DNA of 64,000 bases from Antedon mediterranea (Eukaryota > Animalia > Echinodermata): contig NC_092680.1 in NCBI RefSeq assembly GCF_964355755.1, positions 12,843,045 through 12,907,044 on the forward strand. Reading direction: 5' to 3'. Below, piece by piece: positions 1-12,992 of the stretch. The position numbers and the translations under genes were made by a program. Position 1 is the first letter of the stretch; each line of letters starts with the position of its first letter. A model generated the notes under the pieces. It searched no databases. It was not told where the DNA came from and saw nothing but the letters and a program-made list of their open reading frames with translations.

Positions 1-1071
1 ATAATAAATATACAATATTTGTTATGAGACCCATTTCTGTCAAAATATTGTACCATATAAAATAGCTAAGCACTGTAAGGTATTTAATTGATAGCAGAAA
101 AATACATTTGATGCTGGAAATAGTTATTGTGAAATACTTGTACATAACATTGTATAATTACACTTCTCACTGCCACTCCATCCTTGTTTTATTATCTAAT
201 TTGATATTTAATTACAGAAAATGTTATCGTTGCATAGATTAGTTGACAATTAACAGTCATCAAACAGGTAGTTATAATCTAGATCTGGAAAGGTTAAATG
301 TTATGTGGAAAGGTTAAAGTTTATAATACCAATGCAGTATTGCTTATTGGACGATGATATAGATTGTTTAGTTGAGATAATTACTGTATATTCTAATGTG
401 AACCTTGTAGTTTTGATTTTGTTATTTTCTGAAATGTAATGTTAATAAATGAGAAAGACATTAGTAGCATTAATGCTTTATTAACAGTGAAATTGGTTAC
501 TTATGATTGATAGTATTATTCTCTGCCTGCCTATACCATGGAGATATAAATTACTGCACACACACCACTATGTACAATTTGTTACCTTTAATCATTATTG
601 TACACGTTGTTTGAGGTCTAAATAGTGTTATTGAAATACCGTAATGAGAGATTAAAATACCATGCTCGAATATTATTATCTATCTCCTCCCCCCCCCCCC
701 CCCCAAAAAAAAAAGAATAATTTTCATCGGATCTTGAACAATTTTATTTCATACTCATAGTCTATATTGGTCAATTATAAGCATATTTCATCATTTCTAT
801 TCCTAAACTTTGATTTTAAATTAGGAAGGCTTACAAAATGATGAAATGTTGTTATATTTTTTTGTTTATAAGAAACATGGGATAGTCACTGTGGCCTATG
901 CTGCAACTGTAAGTAAACTTGGTAGTAGTACATGATTCATTAACTTCTGTTTTTGATGATATCTTGTCTTAAAATCTGTTTTAATTTGTGAGGAACACAC
1001 TGGGCAAACAAATTTAACAAAAGATTATCATTTCATATTCGCATTAAACAGATCTTAACATTCCAGCAAAC

Positions 1072-1240
1072 TAAAGCACTGTCTACACTATCAATCTTTG
1101 TGTGACAAAATAATGGGATGTGCCCATATATGGACAAGATGTCATATCACTACTAAAAAAAAGCATATCACTACCATATTTGGGCACATCACACATTTGT
1201 TGTCAAACTACAGTAGTTTGATAGTGTAGACAGAGCCTAA
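1072..1240. mobile_element. PIF/Harbinger-like MITE family A (AGCTCTGTCTACACTATCAAAC termini), first of >=15 copies
   Basis: TIR agctctgtctacactatcaaact...agtttgatagtgtagacagagct with TAA/TTA flanks and internal atatcactaccatatttgggc repeats. Other copies ~1330, 7003, 15711, 25264, 31336, 33050, 38607, 38999, 45237, 45438, 54370, 54520, 54767, 55247, 62595. Confidence 0.8.
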
Positions 1241-3745
1241 ACAGTTTTTATAGCTTTCAGTTTGGGGTAGTTTTGGGAGCTTTCACAATTCACATTCACT
1301 CCAATGATTCTATTATTTGATAATGTTCCTAAAGCTCTGTCTACACTATCAAACTTTATGTGACAAAACAAATCTGGTGTGTCCATATACTGTATGGTAG
1401 TGATAAGCCCAAATATGGTAGTAGTGATATGACATCATCATGTCCATATATGGGCACACAGAGCTTTATATTGTGACATCAGACAAATTTCTCTACACAT
1501 TTACATGCGCTAGATTTGTTTGCTCCATCTGTGTATACCACCAGCCAATCCTCCCGTTGTGATGTCAAAGTACAATTTGATGATTTGCATTTCTAACTAA
1601 ACTGCATGATCACAACTTACAATAACATTAATATTTATTTTACTTTTATCAATATATAGTATATTGGTATACATATTGTTATGTGAATTTTACAGTACCT
1701 TTGTTTATTAATGTATAACTTTCAAGATTATTGTAGTATTGTTTCTACTTGTATTCATGTCGTCTATTATGTGCTGGATAAAGGTGGCTGCAGACCTTTA
1801 AAGCCTTCCAATTCAACCTAAAGCTTCTTTATGACATTCCATCCAGTGGCCTAATTTCACCAGAGTACCCACCCAAGAAACGGGGATTCATGTCGTCCAT
1901 TACGTACAGTAACTAATGACTCCATCGTAGTCATTATACGATTAGTTATTAATTTATTTAAATTTAATTAAAGTGGTTATCATTTAAAATTATTAGCATT
2001 AATCGTTAGTTAATATACAAAACACTGTCTACATTGGCCGATCCAAAATTGTTAAAGTTTAGGATTGTATAGTAAAAAATGAAAGGCTTATGGTAACAAT
2101 ATTAATATAGATTTTTCTGAAACTCGTGTTTTACAATTAATCATTGTTGTCCATTTGAAGCATCTATTTTTCTAATGGCTTATAAACTGTTTACTTTGTT
2201 AATTGACATTTTTATAGATAGATTATAAATAGACTTTCCCTGACTCTGAAATAAACAAGATAAATCAACTAGAAACATCCCTATTGTCAAATGTAAACAT
2301 ACTAATGAAAGTGATTTTGTTTTTCATGAGCTCTTTACAATTTAGTTTATCATGTACTTTAAATATCCAAGGCACTCTAGCTGCCCCACCCCCCACCTTT
2401 CTAAGTTGTGAAAATTGCATTGCAAATGACAGGACATTATTATATGGTTCAACATTTTACAATTTTTAGGGCGCCTGACGAATAGTTAATTGTTACTTTT
2501 TAATTAGTATACAAAAATGAAATGTTAAATATTTGACATAAAATAAGATATATTTGCAATCTTGTTTGTGCCATTTAACTTCATAGTTATTTAAAAACTT
2601 GAGTTGTACTGACGAGATCTAATAAGATCAAAATATTACTACTGTAGATTGGATATACTGATTATTCCATTATTTCAGATACACAATGTTATTATTATAT
2701 TTTGTTCTGTTGTTGTTGTACAATATTCAAACCATATTTCCTTGTTATATAATATTCTGTATGCATTTCTTACTGTAACACACTTGGATATACAGTACCT
2801 TGGCTTGATACTGTTGATATGAGATTTTTAACTGCTTGTGCTTGTGCTTGTTCTGAGCATGTTATTGACACTATACTCTTGAAATGGATGAAGTGATCTG
2901 AAATTATTTGAATGTTATTTGAATGTTAAAAAGCACATCAGTATAACAGTTTTGTCAAAAGTTTCCCGAAAAATATGACGTACCAAATCCTAGTTTATAT
3001 AGATGTATGAAATCTAAATACCAATAGATATATCCTTTACTTACTACTACTGGGAAAGTGTTATATTTATTGCGACAATTTTAATTCTGTATGCACATAT
3101 ATATATGTATTTTATGTATGGTTAATGTATATAAAAGTAATAGTTATTTCTGAATTTGTAAAAGCATTTACTATTTCTATTTCTTTCTCCTTGCATCATT
3201 TTTATTAGCATGTTTTTTTTTCTGTTGTTTACATTTTGCTACTTTTTACTGTATTATTTACAGTAAGTCCAATTTCAATATTGGAAACAATCTCAATATT
3301 TCCCTTGATCTTATGTTGACCTTTCAACTGACTAGTAGCGCAATAATTAGTTTTCCAGATTTGTTTTTTTAAAATATTATACCATAAAGTAGTTGTTGTT
3401 TAAGTTTCCTAAACTATTGCAATAAACATGATACTAGGTATTAAGCGTGTTTGATTTGATGAAAAGAGTTACCAAACGGCGACTATGGAATGATGTTGAC
3501 GGGGCACCGAGTCTCCATGATGACATCTGAATTTATCTTCAGTTGAAAAGAAAGATTTTAGATGTATTACAACATCGCGGTTACAATGTGTTGAATTAAT
3601 TGATGTTAGGAAACGATTTAGTACCAAGCAAATTATTTAAAAATAATTTGCTTGGTACTATACACTAGAGTTCATTAAATAATTGCAATAATATATTGTA
3701 TAATTAAACATAAATTTATCTTTTTATATTACTGTATATATAATA

Positions 3746-4966
3746 CTAGCAATTATACCGCCAGGGCGGGTTTCAAAATTAGTTTAAAGCCTTCTCAGTA
3801 CATAACACCCGACGCCAGTATCTCCGTATACGCACCAACCTCCACCCCTTAATACACCCCACACTCTTTACAGTGAAGGACAAATTCAAATAAACTTTAG
3901 CTTCAAATTGAGAGGGCATACATAGCTATGATAGGCCTATGGCTTAAGTACGTTGTAAACTGTGTTAAATGATTAGGTGTCATATGGGCTGATAATTAAA
4001 ATATATAATGTTGATACTGCGGCCTACATCCCCACCCCAAAATCCCAGCCGTTTCCCAGGAATAATTAAATACTGTAACATTTTCCATCCACAATTCTGG
4101 TCAATTTGATAGCCTACTATTCCTAGCTCCCCTGAACCCCAACACCCTATCTCCACTACTCTTAGCCTAAGCAAAATCCCCACTATCCCCTGAACCCCAA
4201 CACCCTATCTCCACTACTCCTAGCCTAAGCAAAATCCCCACTATCCCCTGAACCCCAACTCCCAAACCGTATCTCAAACTCCCAAACTGTATCTCCCAAC
4301 ACCCCTCTCCCAACACCCCTCTCCCAACACCCCTCTCCCACAATGGGTGTTTTTTCACACAGGAATGGATGTCTGTAATGAGACCATCCAAGAGACCGAT
4401 ATATAGCTGGATATGGGTACTTTGATAAATGTGGAAATGAATAGGTGTCATATTGGTTAATGAATAAAATAATGTATATCTATCTATAATTCCCCAAACA
4501 TCTTGCTGAGGATAATTCAAATACTGTAAAACTTTTGTAGTATAATTTTACAATTCGATAGCCTACAACCCCGAGCCCTAGCAAAAATGAAATCACAAAC
4601 CAACACACCAACCCTCCCCTCCCCCCCCCCCTCCCACAAAAAATTTTTTTTAATGTAGTTTAAAACCTTCCGGGTACAATTGCCATCATTTTGATACCCC
4701 ATATGTATGGTTACATGCAGAAACATAAATTTGTATAACGAACAAACATCGAAAGTGGGGATTTTGACCACATTTTGGTCCCTAACTTGGATCCTAGGTG
4801 GCGGATGATGTTCAAATATAGCTTAGAACATTCCCGGTACAATTGCGGTCATTTTGATACCCCATATGTAAGATTACGTGCAGTAACAAAAATTTGTATA
4901 ACGAACAAACAAACAAACAAACAAACAGACAGACAGACGTACAAACTCTCTCACTTATAATATAGA
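3746..4966 (-). mobile_element. Non-autonomous Helitron
   Basis: On the minus strand it starts A|TC (4966) and ends CTAG|T (3746), with a GC hairpin (ccgcc-ag-ggcgg, ~3758-3769) just inside the 3' end. It has an (AAAC)n/(AGAC)n microsatellite near the 5' end and internal tandem duplications (4110-4340, 4660-4905). Confidence 0.75.
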
Positions 4967-5600
4967 TATTCATTATACTTAATTTAAAACATTTCTTTTC
5001 CAACAAGTTTATGGAACATAATTCCGATGTTACAACACTAATAATTTGATAATGGTTTCATTCTAAGACCTTTATATTTGTAATGTAATGTAATAAATAC
5101 TTAATTTAGCCATGGAAATCAAAATGAATTAGCTACATAAAACCACCCGGACCTGTGTTGGCTGTAATATTAAAACATGTATTTGTTCGTTTCATATAAA
5201 AAAAAAATAGTAGTGTATCATAGAGTGGGTCTACTCTATTTTTTCCATAGTATTTTTAGTCTCTGTGATTAACAACTTATGCAAATGATTTTTATTATTT
5301 TATCTAAATTTTAATTTTATCTAATGTATGATGATTGTGAATGTTTTGTTTGTTTTACCGTATTCCTGTCGATGAAAACAATTTTTCCATGCATATATTT
5401 TTATGTATGAAACAAATAAAAAAAAATTTGATTTGATTCCAATGATATATAATAATAGCCGAAGGCTGGATGTCAAACTACTATGTTATCGCAGTTCAAA
5501 AAGTGATTCCGTTGGAATCACTTTTCAGTCTGGACGCCCTCTAGCCTTCGGCTTATTACATCTCTCTGTTTGATTCTAAATTATTTGTTTGTAATTTCAG

Positions 5601-8600
5601 ATCCAACGCAGGTCACCACTGCTGTGGACATATATTCATTCGGTATCTGTGCCCTTGAAATGGCCGTGCTTGAGATCCAAGGCAATGGTGACTCTAATAG
5701 AATCTCAAAAGAAGCTATTACAGCTGCACTTAATTCAATAGAAGATCCATTACAAAAGGTACTCCACTAAACACAAAACACTTTATTATCATGATAAACT
5801 ACAGTATTTGATATGTTTTGTCCTTTTTATGATTTTTTTTTATAAATTTTTATTGAATATTGTAAATACAGTATTGTTGGCCTTTCGGCTAGTGTACTGT
5901 ATTCTTATGGAAATAAACAAACAATAATTTAATTACAATAAGTTATTACAGTATATATTTAATATAACAAAGATTTAATTAAACTAAATTATTATTATAT
6001 ATTTAATATAAACAAACATAAGTGTATTTTTGCCTTTTAATTGGTTGATTTTGTAATAAGATTCTCCTTTTTTTTATGATTGAAGGAGTATTGCATGGTC
6101 AGCTTTTGTAAATATAGAAGGCTGCATTAATTTGTTATACAGTACTGTTTATTTAAAAATTTTAAATTTATTTATTTATTTTAAGGATTTTATTGAGAAA
6201 TGTCTAGAAGAGGATCCAAAGAAGAGAATAACAGCTAGAGAACTGTTACTGCATAAAGTGCTATTTGAAGTTCACTCACTTAAACTATTGGCAGCTCATA
6301 GTGTTGTCCAATGTGAACGTAAGATATAGTTTTTATAGTAGAATAAAAAAATAAATAAAATAAAAAAAAAAGGGAAAAAGGAAAAAGGTGGCAGACATCC
6401 ACCTGGAAAAAGGTGGCAGACATCCACTTGGAAAAAGGTGGCTGCAGACATCCACCTGGAAAAAGGTGACTGCAGACATCCACCTGGACAAAGGTTGCTG
6501 CAGGCATCAACCTGGATAAACTACACTCCCAAAGACTTAACAACTTGTAGAGCATCTTGTGTATATGTGTGTGTTGTGAACAGGATTACCACCTTTAAAA
6601 AGGTGGTAATCCTTATGGTTATCCTTGGCAATTTGCCTAAATATATAACAACAAAAGCCTTCCACTCAACCTAAAGCTAGCTTTATGACATTCCATCCAG
6701 TAGCCTAATTTCACCAGAGCACCCACCCAAGAAACCTGGATACCTTAAGTACTTAACTTGTTTAACACCCTACAGTACCTTCTCTATCTACCTCCCAAGA
6801 TTTAAAAGTTTTATCACATAATAAATGGAGCTGTACCTCCCAAGATTTAAAAAAAAAAATTAAAAGCAAAGATATCAACAAACATATTTTTATTAAAACA
6901 TTTATTAAAACCCTTCTCAATTCACTATAGCCTCCTTTGGTGTGTTTGTTATAAAATTAGTTCCCACCATTTCCTGTACTCTAAATGTACAGCTATTCAG
7001 CTTTAAACTTTATGTGACAAAAAAATGTGATGTATCCAAATATGGTAGTGATATGACACCATCGTATCCATATATGGGCACATCACATTTTTTTGTCACA
7101 TAAAGTTTGATAGTGTCGACAGGGCTTTAGAGCAAGCCATAATGATAGTATTATGTTGATATGTAACAGTAACAGTCTTGATGGCGTGACATTATGATTT
7201 ATACCAAGTCTATCCAGAGCTCAAGATAATCGTGTCATTATTATTCATACATTCATTTCATCTTCATATACAATATTGATTATTGATTTTTACATTTAAA
7301 AAGAACAGTTCAATTTATTCAAAAGCCTTTCCTTTGATCACGCAAACTTTAAATGGCGACAAGTTGAGTAAAATCTAATTACAAAATGTGTATAAATCAT
7401 ATTTATCTTTTACCAGAATGACATCAACATGATAGCATATCTGCGGCCATGTCATTACTTAGTTTAGTAGGATTTTAAGAATAGTATTTCAAGTATCCTG
7501 TTGTTTAATCTTCTTTTATGACTTTAAAAATTCTATATAATTACTACTGTAGTTTTATCACATAATAAATGGAGCTGTACCTTGGTGGTTAAACATGCTT
7601 GCCTTCCAATCCGATGGTTCAGTGTTCAATTCTTACCTAGTGCCAAGGTTATATTTAATAATATGAAATTATTTAATTTTATAGTTAGTAAGTGTATCCT
7701 TGTTTCATTTTATTTCATTGTAATTGTTTTATTATCTGTTTTGATAGTAATTAAGGTCTTTTTACATTTATGTTTGTTGGTGTTTTCCTTTAAACACGGT
7801 CTTACTGAAAAACAACTTTCAGTTGAGTTAAGTATCCGTGATTAAATAAAGCTTATTATTATTATATTAACTCGCGACTCTTTGAACTTCACTCCCTAAG
7901 CCTTAAATGAGACTTACTTTTAATAAGCATGATCAATTATAAAATAGTTTATCCATCCTTTAATTGGATATTGCTGTAAAGCTGATCAATGTTACTAACA
8001 TTGTATTGCTTCAAAGATATTAACATCATTTTTTGTTGTAGTTTTTGTTCATTTGAAGGGTTTGCAAGGTTTATGCTTAGCCTTCTTAATATTTGACTTA
8101 TCTACCAAATGAAATGTACTGTGCTTAATGCAGTATTTTAGTTTTCTTATTGTTTATTTTGTAGAAATACCAGAAAATTTGGAAGAACTAAATGCAAACC
8201 AAGATCCAGAGGCGGTGTTAGCGACGATATCCCACGCTGATGGCAGGGAACCTGTACATATAAGGTAAGCAGTGATAACCCATGCTGATGGCAGGGAAAC
8301 TGTACATATAAGGTAAGCAATGATATCCCACGCTGATGGCAGGGAACCTGTACATATATGGTAAGCAATGATATCCTACGCTGATGGCAGGGAACCTGTA
8401 CATATAAGGTAAGCAGTGATAACCCATGCTGATGGCAGGGAAACTGTACATATAAGGTAAGCAATGATATCCCACGCTGATGGCAGGGAACCTGTACATA
8501 TATGGTAAGCAATGATATCCTACGCTGATGGTAGGGAACCTGTACATATAAGGTAAGCAATGATAACCCATGCTGAGGGTAGGGAACCTGTACATATAAG

Positions 8601-11600
8601 GTAAGCAATGATATCCTACGCTGATGGTAGGGAACCTGTACATATAAGGTAAGCAATGATATCCTACGCTGATGGTAGGGAACCTGTACATATAAGGTAA
8701 GCAATGATATCCTACGCTGATGGCAGGGAACCTGTACATATAAGGTAAGCAGTGATAACCCACGCTGATGGTAGGGAACCTGTACATATAAGGTAAGCAG
8801 TGATAACCCATGCTGATGGCAGAGAACCTGTACATATAAGGTAAGCAATGATATCCCACGCTGATGGCAGGGAACCTGTACATATAAGGTGAGCAATGAT
8901 ATCCTACGCTGATGGTAGGGAACCTGTACATATAAGGTAAGCAATGATATCCTACGCTGATGGTAGGGAACCTGTACATATAAGGTAAGCAATGATATCC
9001 TACGCTGATGGTAGGGAACCTGTACATATAAGGTAAGCAATGATAACCCATGCTGAGGGTAGGGAACCTGTACATATAAGGTAAGCAATGATAACCCATG
9101 CTGAGGGTAGGGAACCTGTACATATAAGGTAAGCAATGATATCCCACGCTGATGGTAGGGAACCTGTACATATAAGGTAAGCAATGATATCCTACGCTGA
9201 GGGTAGGGAACCTGTACATATAAGGTAAGCAATGATAACCCATGCTGAGGGTAGGCAACCTGTACATATAAGGTAAGCAATGATAACCCATGCTGAGGGT
9301 AGGGAACCTGTACATATAAGGTAAGCAATGATATCCCACGCTGATGGTAGGGAACCTGTACATATAAGGTAAGCAATGATAACCCATGCTGAGGGTAGGG
9401 AACCTGTACATATAAGGTAAGCAATGATAACCCATGCTGAGGGTAGGGAACCTGTACATATAAGGTAAGCAATGATATCCCACGCTGAGGGTAGGGAACC
9501 TGTACATATAAGGTAAGCAATGATAACCCATGCTGATGGTAGGGAACCTGTACATATAAGGTAAGCAATGATATCCCACGCTGATGGCAGGCAACCTGTA
9601 CATATAAGGTACTACAGTACATTTATTTAACTTGTTTATTTTTAAAGCCCCATTTTTATTTCAAAGTGAACTGTACTTTATCTTGAAAATTAGAATATTT
9701 CAAAAGTAATAAAACATGAGCAACAGTTGAAAGAAATTCTAAACTTATTTTCATAATTTTTTTATTTTACAGAATATCTAATGTTCCATCTCTAGAATTG
9801 GAAAAGTTTCTTGAAGATGTCAAGTGAGTGTGTGTTTTTCTTTTTGACATGATAATGTGTTAACTTATAAATAGAGACTTTTAAAGCAAAGCTTATATAA
9901 CATTATTTTATGAGGTTGGTCCATCCATAAAGTTGATCATTAGGAACCCTCACAAAAATACAATATGACTATAAACATGCAACAATTAAAAATTAAAGTT
10001 ATAATAAATAAATAATTAGAATTTATAAAGATTAACAAAAAGAAATAATGCACAAAATAATTAGAATAAAAACGGTTATCAATTAAAACAATGACAAGGA
10101 CAAATGTAAGGCCCTCGCTAAATCAGATTGCTTCACTGTTCTGGATTCTGCAGATTCCGCTTTCAAACTTAAGGTCAAGGAAGCCCTCCACATCACGTGG
10201 AGTAAATATTCCTTGAACAAACAAATCTATAACATAGGCGTAATGCTTGCCATATGATTGTTTGTTGCCTAGGTTCCTTGTTGTTTTATTATGCTAATTA
10301 CTCTCTTATTTACATACAACCTGTCCTATTGGTATATAAGTACTCTAGGCGTTGTTTTCTGTTCTTCTGATGATGAGAATAGTTTCTCGAAACATGTCAC
10401 ATTTTAAGGCAGTTTGCCTATTCATTAAATGTTTTGCTATATTATTATTAAATTGGCCATCTTGGAGAGAAAAGACAGGAGATAGGAAGCATGACTCCTT
10501 ATAAGGCCTTCATAGACTAACAGAAATCCAATTGCTTACCAATTAAGTGTCTAATAAAATACTTTATGCTTGTATTTCAGAAATGGTATTTACCCATTGA
10601 CATCATTCAGAATGTCACACACACAGTTATCGCAACCTCGTCCCCAATCACCAGAGATGGCAGAGTCTGTGAAAAGCACTACCCCAGAACCTGTAGATAT
10701 TGAAAGTCGACTCATTAGTTCCATGATTTGTACACTTAAACTGACAGAGTCAGGAACTGGCAATTACCATGTAAGTTGTCTGAGACATTTTAAAAATTAA
10801 GATTAACTTTTGTACTTTCAACTTGTTTGTACATTGTCTGATGAAACAATTATGATGATTTTTTTTCTCCAATTTATTCTTCAAATCATCTCCTTTCACA
10901 TAATTCTAAAGATTCCATTGGATAGAGTTAAAGAGGCAATTTTGTCAAGGCATGCTTTAATAAAAAGAAATCTTAATAATGTGAGTCCCTGTAAAAAGTA
11001 ATGATAAATCTTAAAACAGTACAGCAAACTCTCCGAATACTGGACTACCCCAAAACCACACTTTCGTGAGGTTCAAAAGGTCCCAAATTTGTTTTTACTA
11101 TTAAAAACACATTCCAAATACCGGACATATCAGGCCAAAGTTGTTGGGTATTTGGAGACTTGACTGTATTATTAATAAAAAGATGGTTCTATATATTTTA
11201 GAAATGAAGTAGATATAGTTTGAAAATCCTTATTGGTGGTATTTTTTGGATAAAAAATAAATGTATATTGTTACAGATGGAGTTGGCTTTGAAAATGGAT
11301 GATAAAATGAATAGAGAATTGAGTTGTGAGGTTCAAAGTGGTATGTACTTTAGTATTAATTCATCAATTTCTCCCAGATTATACTGATTAACTTGGTTGC
11401 TATGAAACCAATGGATAAAATTGTTCAATTTTTGGCGTCATCTTAAAGTGCAGACCATTTACTGGCATTAAACGCATTTCAAAGAGAATTCTAAAATACT
11501 CGGCGGCTCTTTAAATGCTGATAACAATGTATTAAACGGTAAAATGGAACGGTCAATTGATAGAGTGAAAAAATAGTTTACTTGACCTAGAAATAGAAAA

Positions 11601-12063
11601 CACTGTACTTCTTCATTACAGATGAAAGTCCTATTACTCTAGCAACAGAATTAGTGGACTTTGGCTTCATCAGTGTGGTAAGTTTAGATTTTGAAAAATA
11701 ATTATTCAAATTTAAGTATTGAAAATAGTTTAAATGTGAAGTAAAAATTAATTATATTCATTTATGTCACCGGAAGGGATCGCAAAAGCCCAGACAAAAA
11801 AAAATCCAGTTTGGATTGTGTAATTTATTGAAGAACAAAACGGATTATAAATTTAACCAAATGGGGCAGCCGTACTTATGACAATAAATTTAATAAAACT
11901 TGAAACTTTACATGGAAGTGAGCATTAGACATCTAAACACTTAAATAAATAAATTAAAAAAAATCTCTTTCATTTTCAGGATGACAAGGAAAAGGTAGCT
12001 AACAAAATTGAGATTGAAATCAACAAAATATCTACAAATTCTGCAGTCATGGTAACCACATAA
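5601..12063 (+). CDS. NRBP1: Nuclear receptor-binding protein (NRBP1/Madm pseudokinase), 3' eight coding exons; 5' exons not found in window
   Basis: GT-AG exons 5601-5758, 6186-6318, 8165-8264, 9773-9823, 10581-10770, 11277-11340, 11622-11677, 11980-12063, with consistent phases. They give VTTAVDIYSFGICALEMAVLEIQGNG...TARELLLHKVLFEVHSLKLLAAH...LELEKFLEDVKNGIYPLTSF...TTPEPVDIESR...MDDKMNRELSC...LATELVDFGFIS, which matches NRBP1. Confidence 0.93.
8217..9610 (+). repeat. 48-bp minisatellite, ~29 units, spanning the NRBP exon end and 5' splice site
   Basis: Unit gtaagcaatgatatcccacgctgatggyagggaacctgtacatataag; donor-position GT at 8265 recurs every 48 nt up to 9609. Confidence 0.97.
10102..10440 (+). 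mobile_element. Penelope-like retroelement 3' fragment (GIY-YIG endonuclease C-terminus plus pLTR with hammerhead-like motif)
   Basis: Translates CKALAKSDCFTVLDSADSAFKLKVKEALHITWSKYSLNKQ...* (stop 10255-10257), typical of a PLE endonuclease end. Followed by a TATA-like box and CTGATGA-T-GAGAA-tagt-TTCTC-GAAAC-ATGTC at 10367-10398. Confidence 0.8.
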
Positions 12064-12992
12064 CAGAGGCTGTTACTATTCGCCGATTGTCACACAATGC
12101 ACTCCAAATGTAACCAATCACCAAAGGCTAGCTAGCTACTGTAACTATATATATACGAGCTGGAATCGTCTTCGTTAGGTGTTAAGCAACGCTTGAAAGG
12201 CATTTTTTTAAATATTTAATACTGTAATTACCGTCTTAATGTTGGTATAAACACACTCCAAAATGTGTGGGTATTGGTTTGTGAGAATGTAGGCCTCTTC
12301 ACTACAGTTTGGCTCTTGTAAAGCCCTATACTTCAGTCCCACATTTTGACACACCTTCAGTTTGGTCCTAGGGTGTAAGGTTTTCGGCTTAATATTCTAC
12401 TATAGTCAATATATTAAAAGTGAACTGTAATAAGAAAATACAAATTTAATGTAGAAAATTAATTCAAGAGTTACAAGTTAATTAAGCACTTTTTTTGAAA
12501 ACCAAACAAGAACTTTGAAGTGTGTATTCTTTAAAATGGCAGAAGTACAAGTATATAAGGAACCATGTCAAAATTCTACTGCAGTAACTGCATATACTCT
12601 TACAAACTAGTTTGTGCAATTATTTAAAAACATTTCTAAGTAATCGCACACACTGATGCAGCAACTGCCTCATAAACTTTACATTTAAAACAAATTAAAA
12701 TCATATGTTACTACAGTAAAACATGTAGTTACTGCAGTAACTGCTGTAGAACAATTTTGACATGATCTCTAAGTTTTCCAATATAACAAACGTTAATCAG
12801 TCGGTATATTTTTTTATTTGCGTAAAATATGTTTTTTTATATAAAACGAGGACCATAATTGAATGTATTTCAATGCAATAGCTTATCACCAATACATAAT
12901 ATTTGAAATCCGAAAATTTACTGGACATTTATAACAATATATTATGATCTAGGCTTATTGTTGTACATAAAACATTTTCAACAAGTAAACCC

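Noticed and set aside
2609-2640. Hammerhead-like CTGACGA-GATCT-aata-AGATC-AAAA
   Set aside because: The essential GAAA reads AAAA and stems I and III are not convincing; at most a dead remnant.
3030-3038. ATATCCTTT resembling an AT-AC U12 donor
   Set aside because: No upstream exon with NRBP-like coding sequence and no matching branch site or AC acceptor found.
8217-9610. CRISPR-like array interpretation (also 22387-23420 and 56659-57287)
   Set aside because: Units are contiguous with no unique spacers, there are no cas genes, and the context is eukaryotic introns.
8147-9622. Long minus-strand ORFs (491 and 461 aa)
   Set aside because: Products of a 48-bp repeat lacking stops in those frames; antisense to the NRBP gene.
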